Positions 1-7,851 of a stretch of DNA of 24,000 bases are shown one piece after another. The position numbers were made by a program, and so were the translations under genes. The stretch is taken from assembly GCF_001921845.1 (NCBI RefSeq), contig NZ_MSJM01000001.1, positions 233,691-257,690 on the forward strand, given 5' to 3'. The notes beneath the pieces are model-generated. The model was given only the letters and a program-made list of their open reading frames with translations. It made no database searches and had not been told where the DNA came from. Position 1 is the stretch's first letter; every line of letters starts with the position of its first letter. Source of the DNA: Streptococcus cuniculi (GTDB taxonomy: Bacteria > Bacillota > Bacilli > Lactobacillales > Streptococcaceae).

Positions 1-477
1 CAGATAGGCAAGTAGTCCGCCCAGTGTATTGGTCCAGAGGTCATCGACTTCAAAGACACGGCCTGCATCAAAGAGAAAGTCCAGCAAGAGCTGGGTACAC
101 TCGATGAACAAGCTCATCAAAAAGCTATAGATGGCAACTGCTCGAAGGCTCTGCCATTTTCTAAAAAGAAACACAAGGGCCAAGACAAGGGGGTAGAGCA
201 GGAAAATGTTGGTGAGGTTCTGAAGCAGGACCAGCCACCAGTCAGCTAGGCTATCGAGCTGATCAGCATTGACGAAACTATTAAAGGGCACAGGCAAGAG
301 ATAGAGCCTGCCGATTTGAACAATCCCTGGCGTGGAAAAGGTCTTATACTGGGGGTAGATGTTCTGCGGCAGAAAGCACAGGCAACAGATTGCAAGAGCG
401 TAGAGCCGCGCCAAAAATAGGGCGACTTTTCGTCCGACCGTGGTCAATTCTCCGTCTGCTCGAAATAGATTGCTCAT
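1..477 (-). CDS. VanZ-family membrane protein (3' end cut by window edge)
   Basis: Absent from the ORF track because it is open at the window edge. Translating the reverse complement from the ATG at 477..475 gives 159 codons with no stop: [39 protein letters not shown]...[40 protein letters not shown]. It is hydrophobic and multi-TM, with the E..Q / R.F..DD...N..GG pattern typical of VanZ-like proteins. The ATG overlaps the rlmN stop (ATGA). Confidence 0.6.
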   Translation of the reverse strand, partial: MSNLFRADGELTTVGRKVALFLARLYALAICCLCFLPQNIYPQYKTFSTPGIVQIGRLYLLPVPFNSFVNADQLDSLADWWLVLLQNLTNIFLLYPLVLALVFLFRKWQSLRAVAIYSFLMSLFIECTQLLLDFLFDAGRVFEVDDLWTNTLGGLLAYL

Positions 478-1586
478 GCCTTGATACCTGCTTTGGCCTT
501 GGCTGCTGCAATGCGGGCACGCGCTGATTCGCGGTCTTTTTTCATGGTGTTGGAACGCAACTGGCCACAAGCTGCATCAATATCGGTACCATGTTCCTGA
601 CGGACAACGCAGTTAACCCCATTTTTCTTGAGGCGGTCATAGAAAGCTGCCACCCGTTCTGGTGTGGAACGGCTATATTGGTCATGTTCGCTCACAGGGT
701 TATAAGGAATCAAGTTAACGTAGGACAGCTTGCGAATATTCTTGGTCAAATCAGCCAATTCTTGGGCTTGTTCCACTCCGTCATTGACTTCATTGAGCAT
801 GATATACTCGAAGGTCACCCGGCGATTGGTCGTGTCAATATAGTCTTCAATGGCTTCAAACAAGACTTCGATTGGGAACTTGCGGTTGATGCGCATGATG
901 CTGGAGCGAATGTCATTATTTGGAGCGTGGAGAGAGACTGCTAGATTAACCTGCACACCTTCTCGTGCAAATTCACGGATTTTCGGTGCCAAGCCAGAGG
1001 TGGAAACGGTGATGTGCCGAGCCCCGATGGCCATTCCTTTATCATCATTGACAATCCGCAAGAAATTGAGGACATTGTCGTAATTATCAAAGGGTTCCCC
1101 AATCCCCATGACCACGATATGGCTGACGCGCTCCCCTTGATTGCGGTCATCAAAATACTTCTGGACCAGCATAATCTGCGCCATGATTTCTCCACTATTT
1201 AAGTCTCGTTGCTTACGAATCAAGCCAGAGGCACAGAAGGTACAGCCGATATTGCAGCCGACCTGGGTCGTCACACAGACAGACAAGCCGTAATGCTGGC
1301 GCATCAAAACTGTCTCAATCAGCATTCCATCAGGCAATTCAAAGAGGTACTTGACCGTCCCGTCTTTTGATTCCTGTACGACGCGCTGCTTGAGGGGGTT
1401 GACGACAAAGTGGTCGTTTAGTTTTGCAATCAAGTCTTTTGAAAGATTGGTCATCTCGTCAAAGGTCTGGACACGCTTCCGATAGAGCCACTCCCAAATC
1501 TGCGTGGCGCGAAATTTCTTCTCATCCTGTGCCAATACCCAGTCCGTCAAATCCGTGCGGCTAAGGCTATAAATCGATGGTTTCAT
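474..1586 (-). CDS. rlmN: 23S rRNA/tRNA m2A methyltransferase RlmN (radical SAM)
   Basis: 370-aa ORF. It has the radical-SAM cluster motif [16 protein letters not shown], and the C-terminal DIDAACGQL with the second catalytic Cys. The N-terminus ([11 protein letters not shown]) is typical of RlmN. Confidence 0.93.
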   Translation of the reverse strand: MKPSIYSLSRTDLTDWVLAQDEKKFRATQIWEWLYRKRVQTFDEMTNLSKDLIAKLNDHFVVNPLKQRVVQESKDGTVKYLFELPDGMLIETVLMRQHYGLSVCVTTQVGCNIGCTFCASGLIRKQRDLNSGEIMAQIMLVQKYFDDRNQGERVSHIVVMGIGEPFDNYDNVLNFLRIVNDDKGMAIGARHITVSTSGLAPKIREFAREGVQVNLAVSLHAPNNDIRSSIMRINRKFPIEVLFEAIEDYIDTTNRRVTFEYIMLNEVNDGVEQAQELADLTKNIRKLSYVNLIPYNPVSEHDQYSRSTPERVAAFYDRLKKNGVNCVVRQEHGTDIDAACGQLRSNTMKKDRESARARIAAAKAKAGIKA

Positions 1587-1593
1587 AGGTCTC

Positions 1594-2160
1594 CTACTTC
1601 TGGCGAATCACAAAGCCACGCTTGGCTTCCTGTGGTTCACGCTGGTTCTTTTTCTTGTGTTGTTTCTTGCTACGTTCTGGTTTCGTCTGCTTTTGTGAAC
1701 GTTGATTTTGTTTATCGCTTTTTTCTTTTACGGTAAATGAACGTTGAGGTTTGCGATTGTTTCTGCTACGGCGTCTGCGGGTTGGGCGTTCTTCCACTTC
1801 TACTGGTAGTTCCTGCGGATTTGGATTTTCCAAGACAAAATAGGCGCAGCCAAAATTACAAAACTCTGTCAAGTAATCGTCCAAACGGCTGATTTTCAAG
1901 TCGGACTTCACTGCCTTCTCGTCCCTGTAAAAGCCTTTCAAACGGAGCTGCTCGTTGCCCCAGTCTCCCACAATGTAATCAAACTTTAGCATGAGGGGAG
2001 AAAAACGTTGGCCAAAAGCCGTCTGATCAAAGGCTTGACGGTAGTCTTCCAAGAGATCTAATTCAATATTTTCTGCGACAACCTTGTCCCCGACTCGGGC
2101 AAAACTGGGACCAGGAAATTTATTATAATTGTACAATTCAGGTGCGATTTCCTTTTTCAT
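1594..2160 (-). CDS. YutD-like protein (DUF1027) with K/R/Q-rich C-terminal tail
   Basis: 188-aa ORF. The N-terminal 120 aa (YNYNKF...[19 protein letters not shown]...[12 protein letters not shown]) match my memory of the YutD family. The last ~70 aa are low-complexity and basic. An AGGAGGAG RBS lies upstream of the ATG at 2160. Confidence 0.75.
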   Translation of the reverse strand: MKKEIAPELYNYNKFPGPSFARVGDKVVAENIELDLLEDYRQAFDQTAFGQRFSPLMLKFDYIVGDWGNEQLRLKGFYRDEKAVKSDLKISRLDDYLTEFCNFGCAYFVLENPNPQELPVEVEERPTRRRRSRNNRKPQRSFTVKEKSDKQNQRSQKQTKPERSKKQHKKKNQREPQEAKRGFVIRQK

Positions 2161-2195
2161 AACTCCTCCTTTTCTTTTTTCTATCTAACCTTATT

Positions 2196-2204
2196 ATTAT
2201 AACA
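2196..2204 (-). promoter_or_regulatory. Putative extended -10 promoter (TGTTATAAT) for yutD-rlmN
   Basis: The minus strand reads TGTTATAAT about 35 nt upstream of the yutD-like ATG. There is no good -35 at 17-nt spacing. Confidence 0.35.
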
Positions 2205-2344
2205 CGATTCAGCATCAATTTGATAGAGCAAGGCTATAGAATAGAAATTTCAGAATATTCTCATCTCAATCCATGCAGAAACATTTTTTGATTATTTCTT
2301 AGGTAGTGCGGATGCAAGCAACCTCCTACAATCTTCAAAGTATC

Positions 2345-2368
2345 AAAAAAGAGCCCTTATTGGCTCTT
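2345..2368 (-). terminator. Rho-independent terminator
   Basis: The minus strand reads AAGAGCC-AATAAG-GGCTCTT followed by further T residues (a T6 run in total). Confidence 0.7.
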
Positions 2369-2634
2369 AGAATGAAGATAAACCCGATTTTCTATTTAAA
2401 CAAGTTGCAAAGCTCTGCTCACTTAGCATTCGTTTTGCCGATTTTCACGAGCGGAGCGAGCCTCATCAGATACTTTTCGCTGTGGTAAAAGTAGCGTCAC
2501 CATTAGTAGTGACGCTACTCGGAAATGTTGAGACCCTAGGCTCAACATTTAGGTATGGAATGCCGCAGGAAGTCGCTACCGGCCGAGCCACCTAAGAAAA
2601 GTATCACAAAAGAATGTTTTCTGCAATCTGAAAG
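2369..2634 (-). other. Structured ~280-bp insertion (candidate MITE-like element or 3'UTR/sRNA) flanked by 14-bp direct repeats
   Basis: The direct repeat CCTTATTGGCTCTT occurs at 2355..2368 and at 2635..2648. The second copy contains the sepM-like stop codon. Inside are two perfect 10-bp hairpins (2491..2518 and 2523..2550). They are enclosed by a perfect 10-bp long-range pairing, GATACTTTTC/GAAAAGTATC (2469..2478 with 2596..2605). Confidence 0.45.
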
Positions 2635-2636
2635 CC

Positions 2637-3686
2637 TTATTGGCTCTTGGTTTTCTTCAGATAGTCAATGGCTTCCTTGACATGGGTCACGGGGACGACT
2701 TCGATGTCTAGCTTATCCTTTTTGACAGCTTCCATTGCTTCTTCATAATTGGTTTTGGCATCTGGATGTTGTTTCAAAATCTCTTTATCGACGGGATTGT
2801 TGGGAACAAAGAACACACTTGCTCCTGCTTTGGCCGCAGAGAGGACTTTCTTGTCGGCACCACCAATGTCGCCAACGGAACCATCTTCTCCAATCGTTCC
2901 AGTCCCCGCAATCATGCGACCGTCCCGTAAATCAGGATCTGCTAATTGGGTGTAAATGGCTAGCGTGAACATCAAGCCTGCACTTGGACCACCAATGCTT
3001 CCCGTTTGGAAATCAATCTGCTCACTACTTTTGACTTCGGTATGGTCTACAAGGCCGATTCCAATCCCATTTTTCCCATTTTCTAGCTTGATGATTTTTC
3101 CATCTGCGGTCAATTCCTGACCAGCGCTCACATAACCTACTGTGACATCGCTCCCCAGCTTCAAACTGCTGACATATTCAATCAACTCTGGCGAACTCTT
3201 GAAGGTTTTACCATTGACGCTGACGACAGTATCGGCAATATTCAAAATATGCTTAAAGGTGGAATCCTCAGTCACATTGAGGACATAGACCCCGAAAAAT
3301 TCCAAAGATGTTTCTTTCTTCGCCAAGGTCAATCCCTGATATTTGGCGATATTCTGGGAAGTTTCCATATAGAATTGATTGATACGGTAGAATTCTTCAC
3401 TATTTGCGCCACCTGCCAACTCTTCCTTGGAAATAATATCAGAGTGCGAATCAAGGGCCGCAAAGAGGAGCTGAATAGCCGTAGCTGGCTTGACTTGCAC
3501 ATAGACAAAATTATAGGAGCCTGACTGTTCATCCTCTTTTCCACCAACGGTTAAGACCGTACGAATATCGGCTGCACCCCCTGGGCTTTCGATATAGTAG
3601 GGAAGTGGGAATAAAAAGGCAACCCACAACAAGATGGTTGAGAGGACAATCGATAGAATCAGGACTAGTTTTTTATTTTTTTTCAT
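2637..3686 (-). CDS. SepM/YlbL-like membrane-anchored PDZ + Lon-C (S16) serine peptidase
   Basis: 349-aa ORF with an N-terminal TM helix and a central PDZ-like segment. The C-terminal Lon-protease-like domain carries the Ser motif IGGPSAGL and the Lys motif GGADKKV. Confidence 0.8.
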   Translation of the reverse strand: MKKNKKLVLILSIVLSTILLWVAFLFPLPYYIESPGGAADIRTVLTVGGKEDEQSGSYNFVYVQVKPATAIQLLFAALDSHSDIISKEELAGGANSEEFYRINQFYMETSQNIAKYQGLTLAKKETSLEFFGVYVLNVTEDSTFKHILNIADTVVSVNGKTFKSSPELIEYVSSLKLGSDVTVGYVSAGQELTADGKIIKLENGKNGIGIGLVDHTEVKSSEQIDFQTGSIGGPSAGLMFTLAIYTQLADPDLRDGRMIAGTGTIGEDGSVGDIGGADKKVLSAAKAGASVFFVPNNPVDKEILKQHPDAKTNYEEAMEAVKKDKLDIEVVPVTHVKEAIDYLKKTKSQ

Positions 3687-4161
3687 GCTTCATGAGTTCC
3701 TTGCTAATGACTTTAGGTACATAAGGGCTGATGTCTTGCTGGAAATGCAGGAGTTCCCGCACTTGACTGGAAGAGACAAACTTATATTCGGGGCTTGCTA
3801 CTAGATAAATGGTCTCAAGTTCTGGCGCCAACCTGCGATTGTAAAAATCAAAACTGGATTCGTATTCCAAGTCAATCCCGTTGCGCAGACCGCGCACCAA
3901 GTAACTGGCACCGATTTTTTTCGCCACATCCACAACCAGCTCATCTTGGGCGACCAAGACCTTGACCGTAGGCATCTCGGCCACTACCTCTTCAATCAAT
4001 CGTTTACGTTTCTCGCTTGTCAACAGCCCTTGCTTGTGCGGATTGACAAAGATACCTACGTAGAGTACATCAAAGAGCTGACTGGCACGCCTAATCAAGT
4101 CCAAATGCCCATTTGTAAGAGGGTCAAATGACCCTGTAAAAAGTCCAATTTTACCTGACAT
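3673..4161 (-). CDS. coaD: Phosphopantetheine adenylyltransferase
   Basis: 162-aa ORF with the nucleotidyltransferase motif [10 protein letters not shown] and a C-terminal SSSQVRE. Its length is typical of CoaD, and it overlaps its neighbours on both sides. Confidence 0.93.
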   Translation of the reverse strand: MSGKIGLFTGSFDPLTNGHLDLIRRASQLFDVLYVGIFVNPHKQGLLTSEKRKRLIEEVVAEMPTVKVLVAQDELVVDVAKKIGASYLVRGLRNGIDLEYESSFDFYNRRLAPELETIYLVASPEYKFVSSSQVRELLHFQQDISPYVPKVISKELMKHEKK

Positions 4162-4690
4162 AAACCGTCACCTTGCTAATTCCATAGATTTTTTCTTTCC
4201 AAATGCCCAGGTCCGCGATTTCTTCTGGAAGCTGAACCTGCTTATCCGTCTCACAGACCACCATGACATCTTCTGCCAGCAACTTTTTCTGACACAAGGC
4301 CGTGACCGTCTCTACAATCGTTTCCTTGGCGTAAGGTGGGTCTAAAAAGACGAGGTCAAAAGGACCCTTTACCACCTCTAGCGCATGCTGTGCCTCCATC
4401 TGCAAGAGCTGAAACTTACTAGCTTCCTTGGTCATAGCAATGTTTTCTTTAATGATTGCCTGCGCTGGTCGGTCACGCTCCACCATAACTGCCTGCTCCA
4501 TGCCACGTGAGATGGCCTCAATGGACAAGCCACCACTTCCTGCAAATAAATCTAAGACACGCCCCCCATCAAAATAAGGGCCAATCATATTAAACATGGC
4601 ACCGCGAACCTTGTCAGATGTCGGACGCGTCGTCTTTCCTGCTAAGGTTTTGAGCGGTCTGCCACCGTAATTTCCAGAAATAATTCTCAT
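4151..4690 (-). CDS. rsmD: 16S rRNA m2G966 methyltransferase RsmD
   Basis: 179-aa ORF. N-terminus [18 protein letters not shown]-binding [10 protein letters not shown] and the catalytic FLDPPY motif. Confidence 0.9.
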   Translation of the reverse strand: MRIISGNYGGRPLKTLAGKTTRPTSDKVRGAMFNMIGPYFDGGRVLDLFAGSGGLSIEAISRGMEQAVMVERDRPAQAIIKENIAMTKEASKFQLLQMEAQHALEVVKGPFDLVFLDPPYAKETIVETVTALCQKKLLAEDVMVVCETDKQVQLPEEIADLGIWKEKIYGISKVTVYVR

Positions 4691-4697
4691 AGTTCTT

Positions 4698-4706
4698 ATT
4701 ATAGCA
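4698..4706 (-). promoter_or_regulatory. Extended -10 promoter (TGCTATAAT) 7 nt upstream of the rsmD ATG (leaderless candidate)
   Basis: The minus strand reads TGCTATAAT-aagaact-ATG. There is no Shine-Dalgarno sequence between the -10 and the start codon. Confidence 0.4.
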
Positions 4707-4765
4707 TACCCGTCGCCAATATGACCTGTAAAAAAATATCTATCCCTATCTATTAAAGATACAGA

Positions 4766-4787
4766 AAAAGAGCAAACTTGCTCTTTT
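4766..4787 (-). terminator. Rho-independent terminator after the rhodanese-like gene
   Basis: Minus strand: AAAAGAGCA-agtt-TGCTCTTTT, then TC. It is a near-perfect palindrome, so it could act in both directions. Confidence 0.65.
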
Positions 4788-4799
4788 CCTACATGAACT

Positions 4800-5183
4800 T
4801 TAGTTCACCTTCACTTTGCCATCCCAGGCATTTAGACCATAGCTAAGAATGTAGATGTCGGTAAACCCTTGCTTTTTCAAATAGAGGGCTGCTTGAGTGA
4901 CCAATTGCCCACGATCGTTTTCATAAAGCAAGACAGGCTTATCCTTGCGAAGGGCTGCAAGGCTCTGTTTCAATTGTTGATAAGGAATATTACGCGCCCC
5001 CATAATATGTTTCTTCCGATATTCTGTTGGCTCACGCAAATCAATCAGTTGCCCGTCGTGAATTTTTTGAGCAAATTCATGATTTTCAACTACTTTTGCT
5101 GCTTGACGCAAACGCCAATAATTGAATGCGATCCAAGCTCCTACTAATACAACAAATGCCAGTAATACATATAAGGTTGACAT
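4800..5183 (-). CDS. Membrane-anchored rhodanese-like domain protein lacking the catalytic Cys
   Basis: 127-aa ORF with an N-terminal TM helix (LYVLLAFVVLVGAWIAF). The rhodanese-fold pattern is LIDLREPTEY..HI.GA.NIP ... PVLLYENDRGQLV..AALYLKKQGF...L.YG..AW. The protein contains no cysteine at all. Confidence 0.75.
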   Translation of the reverse strand: MSTLYVLLAFVVLVGAWIAFNYWRLRQAAKVVENHEFAQKIHDGQLIDLREPTEYRKKHIMGARNIPYQQLKQSLAALRKDKPVLLYENDRGQLVTQAALYLKKQGFTDIYILSYGLNAWDGKVKVN

Positions 5184-5399
5184 TTAACTCTCCTTTTTCT
5201 TTTGATACTCTGACTCCAAACGATGTTCTCGTCTTAAAACCATCTCTGCTTCCATGTACTCCAATCGATCGATGACACCTGCTTGATAAAGACCATGCAA
5301 TTCAATCTGCATCAATTCAATATCATAGAGTCGATTGCCCATATACACAATAATTCCAAAACGTTTCAGCAATTGCTGTACATCATAAAGTCTCGCCAT
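5184..5399 (-). CDS. YqgQ-family small protein (DUF910)
   Basis: The tracked ORF (5184..5519) is over-extended. The family-typical N-terminus MARLYDVQQLLKRFGIIVYMG starts at the ATG at 5399, and the extra 40 codons overlap a promoter-like sequence. The stop abuts the rhodanese start. Confidence 0.75.
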   Translation of the reverse strand: MARLYDVQQLLKRFGIIVYMGNRLYDIELMQIELHGLYQAGVIDRLEYMEAEMVLRREHRLESEYQKKKES

Positions 5400-5405
5400 A
5401 AAAAG

Positions 5406-5434
5406 AGTGTAGCAAAACTTGAAAGATAATGCAA
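5406..5434 (-). promoter_or_regulatory. Putative sigma-A promoter for yqgQ (TTGCAT-17-TACACT), ATG 6 nt after the -10 (leaderless candidate)
   Basis: Minus strand: TTGCAT (5434..5429), a 17-nt spacer, TACACT (5411..5406), then cttttt-ATG. No Shine-Dalgarno sequence is present. Confidence 0.45.
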
Positions 5435-5579
5435 TAGTCAGTAGACAATCCTTACATCCTACCCCTCTCACAAAACAGGAAGTAGAAAAGAACTCGAATG
5501 TACCAACCACTGGGTCCATCTGTTTTTATAGTCTTTTGAATGAACTTTGATACATCGTCACTTTCGACTTGCCGTACTC

Positions 5580-5690
5580 ATACTCAATGAACATCAACAG
5601 CAAACTAGGCGACACCGATGCAGATAGAACTAAAGTTCATCAAATCAAGGCAACAACATCTGCTTTGGATTTTTGAAGAATATCAAGTAT
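5580..5690. repeat. BOX-like interspersed repeat (degenerate)
   Basis: ATACTCAATGAACATCAACAGCAAACTAGG ... GCAGATAGAACT ... TTTGAAGAATATCAAGTAT is colinear with the pneumococcal BOX termini and core as I remember them (ATACTCAATGAAAATCAAAGAGCAAACTAGG ... CAGATAGAACTGA ... TTTGAAGAGATTTTCGAAGAGTAT). It lies in a non-coding gap. Confidence 0.55.
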
Positions 5691-5752
5691 TGTCCGCGTC
5701 TTTCGGTTCCTTATCTGAAAGTTCATTCATTTGACTATACTAATGATGATAA

Positions 5753-5779
5753 GAAAGGCTGGACTTAAGCCAGCCTCTG
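5753..5779 (-). terminator. Terminator of the PTS/peptidase operon
   Basis: Minus strand: AGGCTGG-cttaagt-CCAGCCT followed by TTCTTATC. It sits about 25 nt downstream of the stop at 5801. Confidence 0.55.
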
Positions 5780-5800
5780 AAAATTTATTGAAGAAAATGA

Positions 5801-6700
5801 CTATCGGTTCACGGAGGTCGCTACCCTGTTAATGGTATGACGACGTCCACGAACAGCTACTGACATCGCAAAGATATTTTCCACATTGGCTAGTCCGCCG
5901 TAACCTGCATCGCCGATATGCTGAATGTCTACCCCTGCGACTTTGTTGCGAATTGCCAAATCTTCAATCACGCGCTCTGTGGCACTTTCTTGACTGGTTC
6001 CAATCGCTGACATGACAAGCGCTCCATGCGCATGAGCAAATTGTACAATCTTGACCAATTCTTCATCTGTGAAACCAGGAACTGTTCCGACAGCAGGTAC
6101 CAGTACCACATCTGCTCCTGCATCGATAAATTCTTTCATAATGTCCAGATTGGAAACAGGTTCATTGGCACCTGCCCCATGCATTTTCCCAGCAATAATG
6201 AGCCCATCAAAGTGCTCTCTGGCTACCCGAATATAATGGGCAATCTGCTTATTGGAAACGCCTGTACCAGGATTTCCTGTCAGACAAATAAAGTCTAGGC
6301 CTAGTTCATTGGCGGCTTGTAAGGTCTCAACAGAACAGATACGGCCTTCCTCCAAGCTGATGCGCCCCTCTAACATGGCCACATCTGCATCAATCGGTTC
6401 AAGATTGGCACCGATAGGACGTCCTACCAATTCTTTGAGCTTGCTGATAACCTCTTTTGATTCTCCCTCGATACCGTAGACAACAGGGTGGAAGCAATCA
6501 AATCCGTTTAAGAGCATCAAATCTGCACCAAAGGCACGCGCAATTTCAGCATTGGTCAGATTACCACCACACGTTGGTCTTGGAGCAACCATTTCTGAAC
6601 AAATCGTCCGTCCTTCACCAGCTTGAATCGCTTGTTTTAATTGTTTTCTATCGTAGGATAAAAAATCACTCGATGTACAATCTAATATTCGTTTTACCAT
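5801..6700 (-). CDS. Conserved protein of unknown function (alternating beta/alpha pattern, possibly TIM-barrel-like)
   Basis: About 299-aa ORF. The ATG at 6700 overlaps the upstream stop (TGATG) and follows a GAGGA RBS. I recognise no family signature by eye. The Gly-rich loops GNPGTG and AGKMHGAG suggest phosphate binding; that is an inference. Confidence 0.6.
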   Translation of the reverse strand: MVKRILDCTSSDFLSYDRKQLKQAIQAGEGRTICSEMVAPRPTCGGNLTNAEIARAFGADLMLLNGFDCFHPVVYGIEGESKEVISKLKELVGRPIGANLEPIDADVAMLEGRISLEEGRICSVETLQAANELGLDFICLTGNPGTGVSNKQIAHYIRVAREHFDGLIIAGKMHGAGANEPVSNLDIMKEFIDAGADVVLVPAVGTVPGFTDEELVKIVQFAHAHGALVMSAIGTSQESATERVIEDLAIRNKVAGVDIQHIGDAGYGGLANVENIFAMSVAVRGRRHTINRVATSVNR

Positions 6701-7851
6701 CAATTTTCCTCTTTCTTCATGTCTATTTCTTGTTCCAACACCGTCTTTAGCCGAGCTAAGGCTAGACCGTAAATACGGGTGTTCATTTTCAAATCATCTA
6801 AGTCAATCCACTCATCTGGCAGATGGGCAATATCGGTTTGACCCGGAAAACTAGGACCATAAGCAATAATATTGGGGACAATTTTCGCAAAGGTTCCTCC
6901 TGTCGTTGTCACAGGAGTCGCATCCTTTCCTGTACAATCATTGTAGGCTTGTTGCAGGGTTTGCACATAGCTGGACGACTTATCATAGAGTACCGGATCC
7001 CAGTTACTCAATACATCGATACGGATGGTCGGCGAGAGATGCCTTGTGATCTGTGCGACCAATTGTTTTTTCGTGCAAGCTGCTGGGTAGCTGATTGAAA
7101 ACTCAAACGAATGCCCTGCCTCCTTGCGTAACTGATAGCCTCTCATCACGACAGTGCCAAAATCGTCATCTGAAAAATGAATGCCTAATTTTCTACCGTC
7201 ATTGGTTGAAGAGAGGATAAAGTCATTGACAAATTGATACAGGTCAGCCACATGCTCGTCTTGGCTCGATAAGCGGAGGCGTACACGTCCTCTCTCCCCG
7301 TACACAACTGGCCATTTGCAATCCGGTGTCCAGCCAAATAGGGGAGGGTTTTCCTTGGTCAGGTAATGGGTCACACACTTGAAACCTGTTTCTTCATTTG
7401 TCCCAAACACAATGCGAACGGGATAAGGAAAGCGTACCCCCAACTCTTTTAAAACGTATAAGGCAAACAGGTTGGTCAAAATGGGACCCTTATTATCCAA
7501 GACACCTCTGCCATACATGCGATTGTCCTCAATCTCACAAGCTAGAGGATCGTGCTGCCAACCCTCTCCCGGCGCAACGACATCTACATGTCCAAAAATC
7601 CCAATGTAGCCGTCTGGATGATCTTCTCCGTACTGGGCATAGCCCACCTTGTGATCAATATTTTTAGTGGTAAATCCTAATTCTTCAGCAATGGTTAGGG
7701 CTTCGAGTAAGGCTGCTTTGGGACCTGGCCCAAATGGCGCCTCTTGGCTTGCTTCTCCCTCTACACTATAAATAGCGACAAGGCGTTGAATAGCTGCCTG
7801 TAACTGTGGCTGAATGTCTTCTAAATGCTTGATGAGTATGGTCTCATTCAT
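6700..7851 (-). CDS. M20-family Sapep/PepV-like dipeptidase
   Basis: Motifs GHVDVVAPGEGW, GRGVLDNKGP and FGTNEETG give the metal ligands and catalytic Glu expected for M20 dipeptidases. The likely start is ATG 7851 (MNETIL), after a GAGGGAG RBS. The tracked TTG at 7875 lies inside the upstream gene. Confidence 0.82.
   Translation of the reverse strand: MNETILIKHLEDIQPQLQAAIQRLVAIYSVEGEASQEAPFGPGPKAALLEALTIAEELGFTTKNIDHKVGYAQYGEDHPDGYIGIFGHVDVVAPGEGWQHDPLACEIEDNRMYGRGVLDNKGPILTNLFALYVLKELGVRFPYPVRIVFGTNEETGFKCVTHYLTKENPPLFGWTPDCKWPVVYGERGRVRLRLSSQDEHVADLYQFVNDFILSSTNDGRKLGIHFSDDDFGTVVMRGYQLRKEAGHSFEFSISYPAACTKKQLVAQITRHLSPTIRIDVLSNWDPVLYDKSSSYVQTLQQAYNDCTGKDATPVTTTGGTFAKIVPNIIAYGPSFPGQTDIAHLPDEWIDLDDLKMNTRIYGLALARLKTVLEQEIDMKKEEN

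Noticed and set aside
591-1202. Plus- and minus-strand ORFs of 62-117 aa nested in rlmN. There are similar nested or antisense ORFs throughout the track (e.g. 2735-2968, 6026-6750, 12172-13320, 20918-23922).
   Set aside because: They lie entirely within, and mostly antisense to, long ORFs with clear family signatures. They have no RBS and their composition is typical of shadow frames.
1594-1810. K/R/Q-rich tail of the YutD-like protein as a separate or unusual feature
   Set aside because: It is in-frame and continuous with the domain. I cannot tell without database comparison whether it is atypical, so it is only noted in the feature description.
2442-2469. Hammerhead-ribozyme-like string CUGAUGAG...GUGAAA on the minus strand
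   Set aside because: The sequence between CUGAUGA and GAAA (GGCUCGCUCCGCUCGU) is a direct repeat, not a hairpin. Stem II therefore cannot form, and no matching cleavage-site helix was found.
2306-2488. 60-aa plus-strand ORF in the yutD/sepM intergenic region
   Set aside because: It has no Shine-Dalgarno sequence. It spans the terminator and part of the structured insertion, and it shows no recognisable family or toxin-like features.
2369-2634. Possibility that the structured segment is a known housekeeping RNA (RNase P, 6S, tmRNA, SRP) or a riboswitch
   Set aside because: None of the universal motifs I know are present: GAGGAAAGUCC for RNase P, the tmRNA 5' GGGG and tag ORF, or the SRP GGAA/AGCA loops. 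The flanking 14-bp duplication argues for an insertion. I kept it as an unclassified finding instead.
5400-5519. 40-codon N-terminal extension of the yqgQ ORF (MDPVVGTFEFF...)
   Set aside because: The extension overlaps a good promoter and has no RBS. The conserved YqgQ N-terminus starts at the internal Met (5399).
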